64,000 nucleotides of DNA from Tubulanus polymorphus. Lineage: Eukaryota > Animalia > Nemertea. Positions 41,001 to 55,480 of the stretch are shown one piece after another; position 1 is the stretch's first letter, and every line of letters starts with the position of its first letter. Under the pieces are notes generated by a model. The model was not told the DNA's origin. It did not search any database and saw only the letters and a program-made list of their open reading frames with translations. The position numbers and the translations under genes are program-made. The stretch lies in NCBI RefSeq assembly GCF_964204645.1, contig NC_134026.1, forward strand, positions 27,810,150 through 27,874,149, read 5' to 3'.

Positions 41001-44000
41001 TATTTCAATATTCTATGAAAACACAGCTTCATTCTCAGCACGTGGTAATCGATAAGCAATAGATGTTGAAATATGATACGCTGAAAAGCATTTCTTCATC
41101 TTTTCTCAGTCTTGAGTTATCAGCAAGATACAGAGTCTTCACCGGTGAGAAAGCGGAAGCTCGTTCTATAGAATTAGAGACTAACACATGCCCCAACAAA
41201 GAATACCGAAATACATCTAAAAACCGAGAGAACATTTATACCGATATAAAACCATACAAAATAATAACGCAATTCTTATTCGAAACGATACGACGGCTCT
41301 TGAAGGAAAAAGTTCGTTAAGAATTCGACAGAGAAGAAAGTGACATTAAAACGGAAAATCCCTGTCGAGAGCTGAATTATTACGTAACACTCTCCGCTGT
41401 ATTATACTTGTGACAATGAAAATTACGTGAATAACGGGTTCGATTGTTGTGAAACTCACCTGTCGTGGTGTCGCTTCTTTTTCTTCTTCTTCTCACGACG
41501 TGTCGGTGAAGGACTGGATGAGCTGTAAGAAAAAAAAAAAAATCAACCTAAATTCACAAATTATCCGCAGTTATTACTCGTGTATCGGATTCACCGCTGA
41601 TGAATCGAGCAGAATCGAGCAGAATCTAGCTGAAAAGATCATTCATAATTCACCGGTTTCGGCGTTAGTCATTTCACACGAGCGGTAATTTGCGCCGTTC
41701 GCTAAAAACAACGAGAGGCGAAGAACGACTCGATTAAAGAAGTGACAAGACTGAACGCAGGAAGGAACGAATTGATTTTCGTAAAGAGGCAGCATTCAAT
41801 AATGTACAAATATCAATGTTTTCCTCGTATGACAATCATTCGCAGTTCTATCACACTCACTAGACTGTCTGTCAATTCCATCTTCTTTCATGGGAAGTAA
41901 CAACAATAGACGCTGTTGTCAATCAGTAAGCGCCAAGTATGGTGGCACTATTACTGGATAAGCTGCAGCCTTAAGGCATGATAAGATTCCGAATTGGAGT
42001 TTTCCTAGCGGTGTTCATGTAGAAGAAATTGATTTAAAGCCAGCGTATAATTTGCCCCGCGATATATAAACATTTAGGAAAAACATGTCATCGATACGAC
42101 AAATATATCATAAATCAGATCAGGTCAAATTAAAAAATTCATTACGATTGACCTATTCGATTTAATTTCAGACCTTGGTACGAACTTTCATACAGCATCG
42201 ATTTTTTATTTCATTGATCAAATCAATTCTTTGAACGAAATGTTCTTTTTTTTTCTCACAGGGCAAGCGCAACAACCTGTTTCCCGTTACAAATGAAGAA
42301 AATAGGCAATCAAGAAAGTAACAAATTTTCCCCCCAAAAAGCAATTATCTATGCGATTCGCTTTGTAGTACATGGTGGATTTGGCTGCAAGCTCAGTCCA
42401 GATGATCGATCATCAGCAGGTACCGAGAATGTAATTATAAAAGGCTTAGCACAGGATGGAGAGGCCTAGTAATATTGTATTGTGTTATCAATAACGGCAG
42501 AACTATAACTGTTCAATTGGCCTCCCACATGCCTGATATAATGCATGCAAAATCATAACTCAAATGACCAGTGCAATGATTTATGGTGCATTAACAGTTG
42601 ATGATATGACGATGACAAGACAATCTTGATTGCCTTCGCGATCATCCGTGAAATCCATCATGATTTCTAGTTCCACAGATATTTGCGCTTTCGCTGCTAA
42701 AGTCTAACATTTCTAACCGATGCAGCACGACTCGCTAGAAAAAAATATATTGATACACGGTCAACAACTGCTATTCGAAACTGTGTGATAATGACATCGA
42801 AACAGCGCTGTACGTGTAAGAAAATTGTTAAGAGCAACGTTTCATCTACATATTAACAAGAATTGATAATCAATGCGCCGAGCGGAAGACATAGATTTGT
42901 ATTTGCATCGGTGAAAACATGATTTCGTACTTAAAACTGGCCGAATGCTGCGTCTGACGTCGATAACAATAAAAAAAACTGAGCAGGCTTACCTGCGTTT
43001 AGAATTGATTTCCGGTTCATTTTCTTTCTGATCTTGTAACCGTTGGGAAATAAAAGGTTTGCAACAATACGTCGGCGTCTGCGCACTGAAAAATATAAAA
43101 TTACACAAGGGATGATGATAAAGATTGGTATTGACAATATAACACAGTCTATATACAAGCATAGGGAAGAAATATCTGAAGTTGGTCAGGGACTCATAGG
43201 TGAAAGTTAAAATTACCATATATCACATCATAAATGCATGAAAAATTTACAAAATGCATCTTACCAGCGACGCTTTGTTAACTATTAACGGCCTTCGTTA
43301 GCTCGAAGGAAATTAATAGGGTTTTAACTATCCTGAGCCTGAGAATCAAGACTAAGCTCTTTTCTTTTGTAGTTTCCGGATTGGATCTGGGATGTGGGTA
43401 TTATCATATGTAACCTTTTTCAGGATATTCGGGAGGGATTGAAAAATGTGTAATGATGAAAATTCTCGTCCATCATTTAATAGGAATGTAGGCGTACCCA
43501 TCGGATGACACAAAGATAAAAAGCTCTTCGAATTAGTGATAACAATATGAAACTTTAAACTGAGGGAACGCTAGTCTGATTGCATCCTCGCGTATAATCT
43601 ACATTGATTGTAGATTGATAGAAGATGAATTCCCCAGACAGTGGTAATTATGACCTTATAATAAGATACTGAAATCGATTTGATTAGATATAATAGACAG
43701 CTTATGACTTAGAGGGAAGTGACTGTCATAGAGTTCACCATGCGTAATTTTGTCAATGTCAAGTTGCGTATAATATACTACATTTCTTATCATGAACTCT
43801 ACACTAAAATCACTAAACTGCAGATTCCAAATACAGAATACTCCTCTGTCTAATATAAACATATATATTTAAATATCTAGACCATTCATTCCATTTTTCC
43901 GCGCGACATAAATGATTTATTTTTGAAGCCAATATTGAAAATTGAAATAAGCCATTACTGATACTGTCAAACTGTTTATTATCCACAATAGACTCATCAC

Positions 44001-47000
44001 ATCAATCACATATCCATCGACAAAATACTCGTGTGCACGACACCAAAACATTTTGTGTGTTTCGCGTGCGTGTTGCAACTAATTATGTCAACGGAACTGT
44101 GTCCCTATTTGTGTTAATGTCCTTCGATAATTCTGCGTACTGTAACCATGATAAATATCTCCGAATTAGATCTTTTTCTATGGAACTGAAAATGAAGCGA
44201 TATCTATACAGCATTTTTGGAATGGTTTTTATTATTTTTCATTTCTGCCATATCCTCTAAGTTGTTTTATGTACCATCGATAATGAATATAAATGCTCTT
44301 AAGAATTATTGAAGTGACCACTAACTCGATGTTCTCCCATAGAATTAACTACCATAAGATGATTATATTGCCTGAAAAAGGCAGAAATCATCTTCCTTAC
44401 AGCTGACAGTCAGACGAGAGCTGCGTAAATCTTGCCTTTGATGAGGTGTAAATTATCACGTCTCAAAATATAAACCTCTCATTTTCTATGAAGCTCTAAG
44501 AAAAACCGGATTCAATCAGAGACTCGTTTCTTCGTGTTATTTTAGGATATTGATAATTCATATGCTGTAATAGAATTTCATATATGTAGAACTATCTAAA
44601 TTTGGTACACACAGTTCAGCAATATCTGCAGTATACATGGAGCCCAATTATAATGGATACTCACCAAAAAGAAAATATTGATAATACTTTCTTCTCAGCA
44701 AATCACAGGCTGTCATTTCAAAAGAACTACATTGGCAATTTACGACTTAAGCTGTTGGTGATGTCATTTTTAGACCTAACAGCCAAATTTAAGATGATTA
44801 TTCTTCAATCAATGTGCCAAAGTTGATAGAAGTTAGTAGAAATTGATGATATACCAAAAACCATTAACTACTAGGCCAACATAACAAAGAAAAACATCAA
44901 CTCTTTTTTAACTGTAAAGATGTAATCTGCTTATGGTATTTCTGCTGTCACAAGTGTCAACAGTGTCAGTAATGGTCTTATATGAAATGAGCAGGTTTTT
45001 ATTTGGTGGCCGGGATGAATTGCTGCCACTGAACACAGTAGGTGTTTTAGTCATATAAACCTTGGGAATTTGGATCAGTGACTTGATTAGAAAATATGAA
45101 GAAATATCAGGGACACAGGACCGGTTGGTAATTATGAGATACCAAACGAAACTGGGTTCATCTCAATATGACTGAAATTGAATTATGAAACCTCTTATTC
45201 TTTGAAAATATGATGACAGTACCATGTACAATTGATGACATGTTACATGATATGATACAACTTCAGTGGAATCAAAATTTTGTTAGAATATCTTATAAAG
45301 ACAATGCACTGGATCTGCCATCTTGGCTTACTAAAACTTCATAGATCTGCTGATTTTTTCTTCAGATGGGTAGAATCATATTCAGGTATTTAATGAGAGC
45401 GCCGATATCACATGCCTTCTTGATGTATTGACTTGAAAATCCATTATGATCAGTGGAACGGTTGAGAAAGCTCTTCATCTGTGCATGACAGAACTGATCA
45501 TCTGAACCAGAAACCATACGGAACTTTTCTGCCAGAAAATTGACCACCTTCTGTTAACCCTTCAATGCCGAGGTAATACGCATTTCATCTCAATTTTGTT
45601 AAGATTGAGCGGGTTTCAGTTTCCATCGCATGGTAACAGACTCACTTATAAACATTAATCTGACATCACCATCCATATTTCAAATATTCCCCACTTGGTA
45701 ATTGGCGCTAGTTTCGAAACAAACACCATTCAGCGTCGAAGGAGCCTGAAGTGTAATACTGAAGAGCTTGTCACTCCTAGCAGACAGGTTCTAATCGACT
45801 AATTGGTTATATTTAGAGTAACTGTATTCAATGACCAGTTGAGAAGAGATGTTCTAATGAGAGCGTGAAACCATGGACGACTGACTAATTGTTAGAACTG
45901 ATACAATGCAGACAAAATTCTATTCGAACTGGTATCGCCGTTTGCTGCGAGCTATCATTATTATTATCGGAATGCGGACATTTGGTGCGATCCCTCAGGA
46001 CCCACTGCATCCGCACTAAGATGGAGACTTGTTCCAGGGCAATGAAGAGGCAATGTTATTAGCGTGATGCGGTTTCAGGCAGTAGCGTTTCTAAGGTTTA
46101 CCATCGGATAATCCCTTGTCCTTTGAGGACACAATAACTATTATGTTATCAGTACACATAGTATACGTCCCCCGGTAAAAACATACGTCATATTCCAGCT
46201 ACGACGATATATTGAACTCCATCTAAACTAGAAAGACATGACACATGATGATAAAAAATTTATCCACCATGTACGAAATCGATCACAAAAAATAAAGCAC
46301 AAAGCTATTCAACGGAAGAATTAAGTGAACCACAGCTATGATAGCAATACTTCCATTAAGTCATCAGATATTCTTTTGTTATCCTTAGCCTGGTCTGCAA
46401 TATATGGGCTATGAATATCAAATATTTAGAAAATTAATTCATCCAAAAGATTATGACAGTTTATAATGTGATTTTTGCGCTGACTTATTCGAACCAGAGA
46501 ATATATTACTAGATTCGCACGACCAAAATTCATAGACTAGAAAAAGAAATAAATGCGCTCGATTTAAGAAAGAAAAATGATAACAAAACATGTTTTGTAT
46601 CTACTTTACTCAGTCTTTGGGGGTTAAAAGACTACAAGCAATTTATCATATTTATATCGTTTTTGTCAATGTTAATCTGCTGTTTACTTGCTTCCAGTCA
46701 ACTAAGCCAGTTTTCTGAAAGCCTATCATGCTAAGCAAGCTTCCCCGTAGCAATAATGATATACAGTTTGTAGTGAACCTTTCGTATGCGTAAGACCTTT
46801 AAATCAAACTAAGAAGCTTACATACGATGAAATAACTTTTCAGCTAAATTGAAAGCTCGCGCGGGAACACACCCCATTCTCCGAGCTGTGAGGTAACAGA
46901 ATCTTTAAAAATGCATTAACAGAAATTCCCCAGATTGATTGAATACTGAAAATAATCAGCAAAGTAATAAATTGAAGAGCCCCACTCACAGACTACTGAG

Positions 47001-50000
47001 TAAGAGAATTTTTTTCATAAGCAAAATGTGAATAAAATTGAAGTGACTCACGTTATGAGACTAAAACTTCATAAAAGCCGAGATATTGCTTGAATGGACT
47101 GGATTTATACTGGCTTTTTATACAAGAAACTTCATTAGTGAAGCCAAAATATAACTAATTTCATCTAATAGTGGCATAAAACAGAAATGAAATTTACAGT
47201 TCTTTATCAAACTCAGACCTAATATGACGGTTATACGTAGTCAATGACGAGTATTGAATCCTCATATAAGATGTACACACAATTCCATCTCTGTATTGTC
47301 GGTAAGAAGGGAAGATGAAACAATTCACATATATTCGATTAATTATTCATAGAATCAATTGCGACATTGTGACATAAGTTACTAACTGCGTGTTGTTCAC
47401 ATGATTCGAGTACTGCGCTGCACTGATGTACAGGTATCAGCCAAATCATCGTTTCTCCTCCTATTCATAAAAAACTGAAAAATGAATATTCGGAGAATTA
47501 CGTCATTCTTTGTTTACACGTACCTTCGAGAAAAATTCAAATCAACTTTATTCTGTTGATACAATTACGCAAGAGGTTGACTAATTGAAATGCATATATT
47601 TATTTACACAGAAAATGTGTGAACTAGTGGTAAACGTAACAGCAACGTTAGTAATTAGAAAGCAGGCATGATAGCAATGATGTCATATCGTATATGATAG
47701 ATGGATACGGTGAGATACGGCGTTATACCGACCTCAGATATAACGATTTATCGGTTATTACGAACTTAAAATTCCATCCCAAATAGAACAATTCCGATGA
47801 TTTCATACTGGATATAACTAACTATCGGTTATAACGAAACCGATTTTGAACGTACGTACGAAGATAATTCAAGAAAAACTTAAAGGTAACAAACACCCAC
47901 AACCATCCGTGGGTGTGGTAGGAAACCGATTGTGGTTTTGGCACCGAATTATAGATTAACACGCCATACTTCCATCTTCAGCTTATGGCTATTCGGTTAA
48001 TAATTCATGACCACAACGATCTAACAGGCTCCAGGGACCTGGTCTCTAGTAGCTGGCCAATCATTAATATTATTCTCAAGACAAGGCATGGTAAATGAGA
48101 CGATATACGCGAATATGTCAGGTCTTTACAATTACGACTATAATGTTGATAATGATACGTTTCTAATAGGGAGATTGAAAATTTGCCAATACGGTCGCAT
48201 ATCAGTGAAGACAAATCAATTTGTGACAATCAAAATATAACACACATATCATTAAATAACAACCTTCGGGAGAAATCCATTCGAATTTTCAGTGAAACCT
48301 TATTACTAATCATTATATATAATCAAAGGCATATGTTGTTTTACGGCTGATGTAAGTGATTCTGAATTCTATATCGTTGTACACCCTTAGTGCTTTAAAA
48401 AATCTAAATTGACGTCGTTTTTATCAGCATTGCTCAAAAGGTATCCAACGCTTCAGGCAGAGCGAAAAACTAAATAATGTGAAACCCTAGAAGAATGCAG
48501 TTCTATTTTTTGCTGGCAGGCATGAATGAAGTGAGAGTTCTTTTTTTTGATGCCTTCCCAAGATCTATTCATAAATCTGATGGTTGAGTCGTGGGAATTC
48601 TCTAATTTAGCTAATCGAAGTATGGCATTTTGTGTGAGTTACTACACTTACGGCAGCCATATTGTAATAATCTGACTGCTACAAAACACTTCTAAATCGA
48701 ACCCATTATGGGGCTGTACTTTCACTGGTATAAGACATGAATTCTAATTTGTTTCTTTAACAAGAATAACTTCTATCTTGTCCCGAAGTTCAGAGGACGA
48801 TCCACGTCAAGGAGGTGCAAGAGAAATATTCTTGAGAATTGGTCCAGATGTGCAATATGTCATTTGGATTAGTGTTATTATATTGAGAGTATGCCAATGG
48901 CAACCATCAACAAGCCAAAAATGGTAAGAATCGATGAAATGCCTCTCGACTCCGGGAACAAATATTCAGACATTGAGCGCAATGGGAGCCGACGCATCTC
49001 TACTGAAGAAATTCTCAAATTGAATTGGAATTAGTGACAATGAATTGATGTTTTCTTTGCATTAGAATGCACTAGCAGAGACATCACCAGCACCAGTGGA
49101 GACGCGTATAAACTGTAACTCTATCACCAATACTAGCTATTTGTGAGCCGTTAGATATTCCATAGTTACATTACCATAAATGAACTTCATACTAGACTTG
49201 AATAAAGATGAATTCGAATACACAAAGTCATCAATGTTTGATGTTTGATATTGAGTGTACATGGTCTAATACAGACTGTGTACAATCGAATGAAAAGTAA
49301 TTCATATCTGAATAGCAATATTCATTCGATCAGCGGAATAGAAACCAATTAAGAGTTCTGTAGCTGTTGTTTAATAATGAATGTATACTGATACCTCCAC
49401 CACAGGATATCTCCATGAATATATCAATAAATGTAAAATCAGTTCGCGATTTAATCATATTTACTCATACATATATACTTGAATCTTGAAGCAGCTCAAT
49501 CTCATGAAATTTCAGTAATAGAACCGATAAGACAATCATTATTTGGAGATGCAAGTCACCTTTAGGGTGAATATGATACTCTTCAAAATTGCACATTCAA
49601 TAAAATGGGATCCATCATATCAAACTGAAATGTCCCTTAGGCATATGCCGTTAAAGTACCAATTGATCTTGGTGAAATTTTCTTTTCATTTCGATAATTG
49701 ATCATTTATGACTGTGATACAACGGTCGCCCGCGTTGAGAATACAACCTAATTCACGTCAAAACAATCAATTTTTCAAATTTCAACTGACACTCGACGCT
49801 TCATATTTCTCGCAAATATCACCATCTCGCAGTGAAGTAAGTTGAAGAACATGGAATAATTTCCTTTTGGTGAAATGTATCACAATATACAGCGACAGCC
49901 AGGCACGGGATTTCAAGGATACGAAAAAGGAACCCTTTTAATGCCAAGATATTTCTCATCTTTTTTGAGAGGTGAAAGCATTTCTATTTCCTCAGAAAAC

Positions 50001-53000
50001 ATGGATGACATTTTGTAATGAGATCTGATATATCTTCCCCCAATATTGAAATCATCCATCATTGTATATGAATATATCTATTAGTGGATGAAAAGCAATA
50101 AGGAGTTACTTGAACTCACTTATCAATGAATATTGATACTTATAACGAATAGATCATTTTTGCTTTCTATCAATAGAAATACTTGAAATTTGAGCTTTGT
50201 TAACGAACTTGAGGTGAAGTTGAGCCTATCTGAACTGAATGTTCTCTTCATTTCTAAGGTAATTTCCGGAATTGACGAAGAAGTCAATGACGTACCCGCA
50301 CAACTGAGTACAGCAGACGAATTTTAATTACAGAACTATCACAGATAAGAATGATGAACGGCCTATTTCTGTCCTTAACTTTCATTAAAACCCGCCAAAA
50401 CATCGTATGAATTAATGCTTTAATAGCGCCGCAGTAATGTAGATGGATGACTAATTAAAAATTGCTATTACTAATCATTAAGAAACATTCATGAGATAAC
50501 ACTTCGATCGCATGAAAATAAAAATGTACAGTCTCCAGATACATTAACACATGATGAATGTAACGTCACATATGACAATATTGCGATAAATATTCAAATA
50601 TGCTTAATTCGGCGGGGGAAGAACACAACCCTGTGGATCTTTACAACATACAATTCTGTATGGATAGCTCGATTCTCCTAATTATTCCGAAATCGATAGA
50701 CAATTAACGCATCCATCATACACTGCAAAGAAGCCAACTGACTGACTGAAAGAGGCAATCAAAGCTGGTGCGGTTAGATAACAGTTTTTTTTAGGTGATA
50801 CAGCCGGAAGCGGCTAACTAAACAAAAAAGGCCAATTATTAATGAAGCACATCTTATATTTGTCTATTCAATGAGTATCGCATGAAATTGAATATTGATA
50901 AATCAAGTAGTTGCTTAGAGCATATTTCATCATCTGAATCGAATCGGGTGCGTAATATTTTTATCAATTTCTTCAGACTTTTTCAAATACTTCGCCAAAG
51001 GCACATTTAGTTAGTAATGTGGGATGAAAAGATACTAGTCAAAGTTTTAGTTTCAGCAACGCTCGGCGCTTTAGGCGTTATCTAAAGATATCCGATTCAT
51101 CCCCGAAATCGACATGATTACGATTTTTACGAGGCGAGTTTCTCAAAATTCATTTTATCGATCAAAATATGAAAATCATTAAAACCCGTCACAAGAATAA
51201 TAAAAATGTTAAATGTAAAAATGAAACTAAATCTTCAGATAAATGTTAAAAGTCATTCAACAAAGATCTGATCACTGGATCTGTACATTTCACAATTCTC
51301 ATGTCTCACACAGTGAGTAGACAGTGGCACGTCTATCGCGGTAGCCCATCTATAAACAAGGTTTTATATAGAAATCGATGAGCTATTCTACACAAATTCA
51401 CAACCACAACGATATTCACAGGAACATCATCGTCATCAGGCTTACACTTAACATCAACATTTCACTATCCATCGGTTTATGGCTTACTGAGGGATTGGTG
51501 ATGGGCCAATAAAACCGAAGAGATCGATCATCAACCCAAATGACTTAAAACATGAAATGTATCAGTGTTTAGTAAGGATAGAAATAAAATGCATATATTT
51601 TGTTACGGATTTGAAGCCAACATCGTGCAGGGATTCTTGTTCAAGTTTTTTAAGTAGTATAAAGAAACACCTCCGCATGCTCGGTATTTAAGCCTCGCGA
51701 CTTTCCATTACAGCTCGCTTCGGTATTTCGAGATAGATAGATGCGCCACGATGATGGAAACATCGAGAGATGAAATACCATCAGAAGGTCAACACAATTA
51801 CCTAGACAACATACGGCCAGTTCTATCATATCCAATTTTCGTGAAACAACAAATCACCAGACGGTTTTTTCATTCATGTCTTTTTTATCCCATGCATAGC
51901 TAGCTACATTGTACATGGTCCAACGCATTCACATACTTAATGGGTGCAACGGGAGACACCTTCTTCACAACGCTGTCGAACTGTTACGGCTATTAATCAG
52001 AGTTACAATGAAATCTTTGCACTACTGTCATTACTATTCGAGTCACAGCGATTTTATGAAAAAGAGCAAGTTTCGCACGGCCTATCATGTGAACATGACA
52101 TGATTATGCGATGAAGTTATCCATCAGCTTCAGAGGATTTTGACATTTCAAAACTCAATGCGCTTTTCTTTCCGTTCCCTTGAGAAGTGTATTACGATGT
52201 TCTGCGATTCTAACCACACATGACTCAACCAGTCACTAGGATTATGCAACTCATAAATGCTAAGCCTTAGTTTTACGGTTTTTAAATGCAAAATATTCCA
52301 CGCTGGATTTAAAGGCAAAATTATCATATTCGCCAGCCAGTGAGGTTGATTCGAAGAAAGAAATCTATGTTTATCAAGTTTCATCGTGAATACTGAATAA
52401 ATGAATTTTACGATTTTCACAGCTGATGATGATGATCGCTGCGTGATGCCAGTGACAGAGATGTAATGGCGTAATGATCGACACTGAGGTTAACTACGAA
52501 GAACCTGTATCTCAAATATACCACATACATATATATATATATATGTACATAGCCAGTAGTTCGGAGTGCTTGAATAAATCCTCAATGTTACGCACTTGTT
52601 CATTATCGGCTAAACTGTAACAGCACCAATAGCCACTATAAAGAGGCCGATATACAGTTTGACGATAGATCGCTTCAAAATTGTAAAAAGCATCACCATC
52701 AAGAAATGTGAAGTGACAAGTAAGCCGGGGATAATGGAGATAGCAGTATGGTAGTTCACTTTATTACAGTTAGAGAATAATAATGGCATTGGCGATGTTG
52801 GTATATCTAGTCCCATCATAATCTATTCTAATGGACAAATCTGACAGAAGACAGACATTAATTGTAATTGATGCTGTTTAACACTAGTGTTTGTACTGGT
52901 GTAGGCAAAAGATTTCTGATTTACCGAAAACCCTCGACTCGTCACCATCGGCCAATTAAAGTACATATGATGTTGTCCCTGTTTCCAATTCGCCTAATGA

Positions 53001-55190
53001 GCCACGTATATTCATACGCAATGAAAAGAAAAACTTCATTCTTCTCTGTTGGCTATAGAAGCGAAGTAGACTCGTGCTGCTCTGAAACATCGTTGCTCAT
53101 TATTTCATGTAGCATGTGAAGTTCGAATATTCAGAAGCACTCCCGAGATGCTGATAAATTCTTGCTCTACGTAATCAATTTGCTGATACTAGCTCACTAG
53201 AGAAACCACATGAAGAAATAATAGAACAAACGCCAATAAGAAGTGCACAGATTCTGGTGACAAATGAATTCATCCTCAAAGCCGCCGAACTCATAGGTAT
53301 CATCTCACACAAATAAGGCTTCATCGATGACACATTTTCGCTTATCTGGTCTAGTTATTTCAAGTTACTATGGATTCTATCTTTATTCGAATTCGCGAAA
53401 CTCGATTTTAGAATCAGATGATAAATCCATTTAATGCATAACTGTAAAGAAGGTTATCGTACAAGACTTCGACGCTTCCTCAAAGATATCAGTTTCTGAG
53501 TGTCTTCTCAAAGTTGCTCAGATATGCGATCGCTGTAAGCTTTAAGATGAATTATCCGCATATTTCGATAGATATTATTTACCAAACGATCATAAGGAGG
53601 AAATACCCCAATGGCTTTGCCGATGTCTCTAGATTTTTCTATCTGAAGAAGTTTGCCATCTTAGACGTCGTCATCTACGCTAGAAAGATATCGATCTTCC
53701 CGTTGTAAAACGCCATATATTAGCGATGTAAAGTGAAAATGGTTAATTTCAAATGACACACACAATCTGTACATTTGAATATATACATTTTCTACTAGTT
53801 TTACAACTAGCAAACAAAACTACATTAATTTCTATTACTCATAATCAAAATTGAACGCCGAGGTGATCAGGAGATATCATTCACTATACAATAAGATATG
53901 ATATCATAGTCCTGGAAAACTCCGGAATATTGATTAAATTTCAAGTAATCAAATCAATCAGTATATAAACAAAACCAGTAAATGCCGAATAAAGATTCCT
54001 TTTAAATGGATAGAAATGTGAGAATAGATACGTGTTCCTAATCAATCTTTGAACACAGTTCCAAATTGATTTGTTAGTAGTGTTTTCATGATTGCATGTG
54101 AAATAACAATGCATAACTACCGGCATTTGCATGGAAGAGATACAAAAATCGTGCTCAAAGCTCAATCAAATGGAGCCTTTGAAAAAGTTTCGAAATTGAT
54201 TTAACTGCTAACCACACTACGTAAAATGATTTGAACAACCTAATAATGTTATCAGATTTATCCATGCGTAGTTTATCTAATTTGAATGTCTAAATAGAGT
54301 TTCTTTTCGCAGGCATTTTACCGCAATTTTTGAGCGAAAGGCGTCGATCAATTCAACCACGTCTATGGAAAGAATGTTCAGGAAGTTTCAGCAGCGAAAT
54401 GAAAAAAATTATGCGCTTGACGTATAAGTTTCATAACAACATATGCAAATGATGTACACAATGCCTGAGGCGTCACTTAATCTTGTATATCTTTTATGTG
54501 AATCAAATAACGGCTATATTATATAAATAACACTTATAAATGTAAGAAACTTCATAGTTAGTGAAACTTGATATAAAATTACAAACTTTAGGATACACAG
54601 CTCTAAAACTGCGCCCGATGATAGAAATTCTTGAAAGGAATTCGTTATCAGCTGGCTAAAATTTATGATTTGTGCGTAAACTGAACTGAAACGACATATT
54701 TCAGTCCCGAGATTTTTCTGTAATTCAGATAAATGATGCTTTTTCAGGTAGCAGTCTGAAAATCGTTCTAATAATAAATTCGTCATCAAAGACATGGTGA
54801 AAACAAAAAATTCCATGGAGCAATGACGGTTGAGACACGCGACATTCTGCCGACGACGTTCTTCGATTTTATAATAGATTAAATTTTTCATTCTTGTGCG
54901 GTACCATGAAATAATTCTAAACATCTCGGCAGGTATACGTATCGGTGGTTTAAATAACTAAAATAATTGTAAATCACAAACGTTTTATCTCAAATAAAAA
55001 CAATAGAAACATGGTGATAATTAATCAGACAAAAACAAACGATGAGTACTTACAAGTATGAAACGTGGGGCGGATGACAGGCGTAATTTTTCCTGAGAAA
55101 TGAAGGAACGTAACATCCTCGTGATATCACCGTTTCTATATTCCGAACATGGTACAAGTTTGCGCTCCTGGCCACGTCGGTTGACGCCAT
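32039..55190 (-). CDS. SRRM234: Serine/arginine repetitive matrix protein, Srrm2/3/4 (Srrm234) family, eMIC-domain isoform
   Basis: Exons joined in frame, all with phase-2 introns: 55054-55190, ~42993-43085, ~41460-41522, 37020-37076, 36362-36448, 35628-35774, 35516-35563, 34928-35083, 34452-34583, 32039-32204. The last two encode ...RSPSIRRRIGSPSHLDKRRITS|ARKRPIPYYRPSPP...SSADSYRK*, matching the SRRM3/SRRM4 eMIC motif (SPSHL-x-x-RRITSARKRPIPYYRPSP). Lys-rich and RS-rich segments precede it. The two 5'-most exons are less certain than the 3' ones. Confidence 0.9.
47715..47850. mobile_element. Degenerate Tigger/pogo-like MITE remnant
   Basis: Repeated subterminal-type motif CGGTTATAACGA and variants (GATATAACGA, CGGTTATTACGA, GGATATAACT). 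No intact TIRs seen. Confidence 0.45.
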
Positions 55191-55379
55191 AATTACAACC
55201 ATTTATAAAATGTTTAAACGATCAAACCTTAATCATTCGGTTCTATTCGAAATCGCAAAAATACAGCTCAATTGAAGATTGATATTTCGGCCCAGAAATG
55301 CCGGCGAGCAAGTCTCGTCCGAAATGATGGCGTTGAACCTGTGAAGTCAACTGCCGTCAACTGCTTAATGCTCCAACTC

Positions 55380-55428
55380 AGTGAATACGGATCAATATAT
55401 AAACGTTAAACTGGCGGGAGAGAGGAGC

Positions 55429-55460
<32 letters not shown>

Positions 55461-55480
55461 TGGAGAGAGAGGGAGACGGT
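55380..55480 (-). promoter_or_regulatory. Candidate promoter of the Srrm234 eMIC isoform: (GA/TC)n tract plus TATA-like element
   Basis: GA-repeat tract at ~55417-55476 and a TTTATATA TATA-like element on the minus strand at ~55396-55403, about 200 nt upstream of the ATG at 55190. Confidence 0.45.

Noticed and set aside
42172-42177. 6-nt microexon-like unit tttcag|ACCTTG|gtacga
   Set aside because: It is on the plus strand, antisense to Srrm234. It is recorded as a caution that such units can appear by chance, which tempers the microexon-array finding.
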